From Balanoglossus misakiensis (taxonomy: Eukaryota > Animalia > Hemichordata), in contig CM082585.2 in the NCBI GenBank assembly GCA_040954595.2, positions 12,404,127 to 12,468,126 on the forward strand: DNA of 64,000 nucleotides, read 5' to 3'. Both the position numbers and the translations under genes were made by a program. Below, one piece after another: positions 61,048 through 64,000 of the stretch. The notes under the pieces were generated by a model, which was not told the DNA's origin, searched no databases, and saw only the letters and a list, made by a program, of their open reading frames with translations. Position 1 is the first letter of the stretch; every line of letters starts with the position of its first letter.

Positions 61048-64000
61048 ATGTCTTCTGGGAGTGACTCTGACGAGTTTTATGACGCAACAGAAGACGTGGG
61101 AGTGAGCCCGGCCAGGTAAGCAGAACAAAAATTTCGTCGGATAGATTTGTGTTTGTTACACCTCAGGCGAAGCTCAGGGTGTTTACCTCACTTACGTCAT
61201 AGCCTAACTAAGAACGAGAATCGATTTGAACCGTCCCTATACTTTGATCGACGAGGGATCCGATCATTCACAAATGATAACATCGGAAACACGAAGCCTA
61301 AATGTGTGATCGTCTGGGATCGTCAACATATTATAAAGATATGATGATTTGATTAGTTATCAATGCACGTTGACAGATGAAGAAAACAAACGTCAAGTTG
61401 TTTGTTGAGAAATTGACCCACTACGAATTATATGAAACAATAGACCAGGGTGTGTTTTGCAAGTTTATACTGTACACTTATGTACAGTTAAATGGTGCCT
61501 GCTACCAGAATGACAACACATTTTTCTCATGGAAAGTGTAAGTCATGATAGTACTTGAACAAAGTTGGCAGAGTTCTGACAGGTCTGATATCAGTTTTGC
61601 AGTTTGTTTTCATAGTTTTTGATGAAAATCTTCTCGATGTGACTGGTATGAGTGAGAAGGTCTATACAGTTTATTGAAAGATAATATGTAAAAATAATAA
61701 TAATATTTAATAATTTTATGTAAACAAATATTCCAGAACATGTCGGTGTCCATGTAATCTGTTAATATGTTATTCCAATGGAGAAGACATTTAATTAATG
61801 ATTTTCAACACTGTGTGACTAACCTAATGACCCTGAACAGATCTATTCTTTTGTACTATTCAACTGACTGCTGTCAAGGTTACTATGGTGACTGATATGG
61901 ATAGTCTTGCTTATTGTGATTATGCTGAAGGTCAATTAACAGCAGTGTTCAAAGGAAACTGTGCTTTGTTCATATGATTGTATAGATTCATGTCAGGAAG
62001 TGAGAGGGTCATTTATTTTGAAGAAGAAGCATCCTGGATAAAAACACCACTTGAGGACTTAATTTTTTATGGAGTTTTAAATGGGAAGTCCTACAGTTGC
62101 ATTTAATACCAAATTTATCAAAGCCACAATACTCTACCAACAGGAAATCTAGCAAATCCAAGCAGCCAGCAGCACAACCAGAGCAAGCATCTGTCCAAGA
62201 TGAACTTGAAGAAGAAATCAAGAAATTAGAAACTCAGAGGAGAGAGGCTGAGGAAAGGAGACGCCTTGAAGATGAAGCCCTTCAACAGAAGATTGAGGAA
62301 ATTGAAAGGAAGAAAAAAGAAGAAGAAGAAAGAAAAAGACTTGTAAGAATATTACTGTTTCTTGATCCTCATCTGACTAAATCCAGCTGGATTGCAAGAT
62401 AGAATTAAGCTCTTTGAATTGATATGCCAGGACGTAAAGGTCACATAGGGGTCAAGAAAGTGGCCTATACCGTGATGAAATAGTAAATTTTTTGTTAATT
62501 TATTTCAGGAAAAAGAAAGGAAACAAAGGGAAGAGGAAGAACGAGAAAGAAGGGTGAGTGTCACTCGTTCTTTGCCGGTTGAATTTGAGATTGGCTAAAC
62601 TCTGATATTTTACAAATAAAACTGGAGATATGTTGTGATTACAGAGACGCTTAGCTGAAGAAGAAAGAAAGAGAAGAGAGGAAGAAGAGAGAAGAAGAAA
62701 AGAAGAAGAGGAGAGAGAAAGACAAGTAGGATATGATGTGACCTTCATGTCTAGCCTCCTCAGGATAACACATAACATGCACTGAAAACATCTTATGCAG
62801 AGATTATTTAAAAAATAATTTAGTACATTAGTTTATTTTATGACAATTTATCTATTGACAGGAAGCAGAAGAAAGGAGACTAGAAAATGAAAGACGGCGG
62901 AAGAGACTGGAATTGATGAGACGAAATGAGGAACAAGTCGAAAATGACAATATTGATGACTTGATTTCAAGACCAGAAAACTCAAAAACTGAATTTGAGC
63001 TTGGTGAAATTGAAACTAAACAATGCATTGAAATTGAAAACAATGATAACAGAGAAACTCGACCAAAGAGTTCTGGCGCTGAGCCAGATCTTGTGGCCAG
63101 TATTAAAGAAAGACCAAGTGATTTGGTTATCAGTGGGGTGGCATCTCCTGAAAGTTTGCCTGCACCTGTAGCACCCCCTAGAAGGAGAAAGACGAAGAAG
63201 CCCACCCCGGAAGATGGTGCTGGGGTTAGTATGGCTGTAGTCATGATGTAACATGTGATGTCACTGGTCAACTCAGTGGCTGTTCAATACATGATGATGT
63301 TTATGACATCCCTGTCAATACTGAGAGATATTCGTCCGATGAATTGCTGTCAAAGTCAACATGTAATATGAGATATCACTGGATAACTTCACTGCTGAAT
63401 TGCCTGATGAAAGAGTTTATGGCGCTTTGCTAGATTAGTGGTAAAGACCCCTTGAGATACATGTAGACAACTCCCTTACTGACAGATATTAAATTCTCTT
63501 TCTTAACAGGATGCTGCATCATTGAATGTAGAAACAAAACAACAGCAACCGCTGCAGCAGCAAGAACTGCAACAGGAAATGAAACCTGTTGGACTGCCAG
63601 TGTCAGAGAGACCATTGAGTGAAGTCTTGACACCAACAACAACCATTGAAAGTATTACCAAAGAGTTAGAATATTCATTAGATTTGGCCAGCGCTATCAA
63701 GGGTGAAAACTTAGTTCAACATGAAGTAAGTCAGTCAACAGACTAAGTTCTTTTTATTCTTGTCTCCATCCAGTTTTGTCCAGTCCTGTTGTTTTAGTCG
63801 TGTGTTTGACTTTGAATAACTGTTTATGAATAAATATTCAGAAGCATGAACATTGTGTAGAAACATCAATAAAATGATTATAATATTCATTCTTTCTGTA
63901 CAGGATCTAGAGCAAATAAAAGGCAAATCTAAAGCTGATGTTGAAGGTGTCTCAACTGATGATGGTGTTTTAGAAGCAGGTGAGACTGAAGTTGATGGAA
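61048..64000 (+). CDS. WDR44: Probable WD repeat protein 44 (rabphilin-11), 5' part; exons 61048-61115, 62144-62342, 62509-62553, 62645-62725, 62862-63224, 63510-63725, 63904->64000
   Basis: N-terminal FFAT motif MSSGSDSDEFYDATED resembles the recalled WDR44 start (MASESDTEEFYDAPED); a PAPVAPPRRRK segment follows; exons join in frame. The WD repeats would lie beyond the window, so the identity is not fully confirmed. Confidence 0.7.

Noticed and set aside
63290-63410. Possible intronic C/D-box snoRNA (ATGATGA ... CTGA)
   Set aside because: No terminal stem or recognisable rRNA-complementary guide; such boxes are frequent by chance in AT-rich DNA.

Overview
AT-rich, gene-dense genomic DNA from an animal. 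It is probably a marine invertebrate bilaterian (short GT-AG introns, TTAGGG-type repeats, apparently unduplicated orthologues of vertebrate families), but the species cannot be identified from sequence alone. Manual exon reconstruction gives 11 protein-coding genes: MPI 3' end (+), SPRYD7 (-), UPF3 (-), TMCO3 (+), a TSC22/bunched gene with several alternative first exons (+), SERP1/RAMP4 (-; missed by the ORF track), PCID2 (+; with a U12-type intron), NAPE-PLD (+), a protein with two tandem CD225/dispanin domains (+), FMR1/FXR (-) and the 5' part of a probable WDR44 (+). Several small non-autonomous foldback/MITE elements and microsatellites lie in introns and UTRs. No rRNA, tRNA, CRISPR array or autonomous transposon was recognised. 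The most unusual observations are: (1) a double-CD225 gene built by exon-pair duplication, with all-phase-0 modular exons and a possibly inverted second domain; (2) a 190-bp element with 52-bp TIRs, a 6-bp TSD and head-to-head telomeric repeats; (3) a GILZ/TSC22D3-like alternative first exon in the TSC22 gene; (4) tail-to-tail TSC22-SERP microsynteny within a block matching the human 13q/Xq/3q/7q22 paralogon. All homology calls come from recalled motifs, not database searches, and exon coordinates were read by eye.
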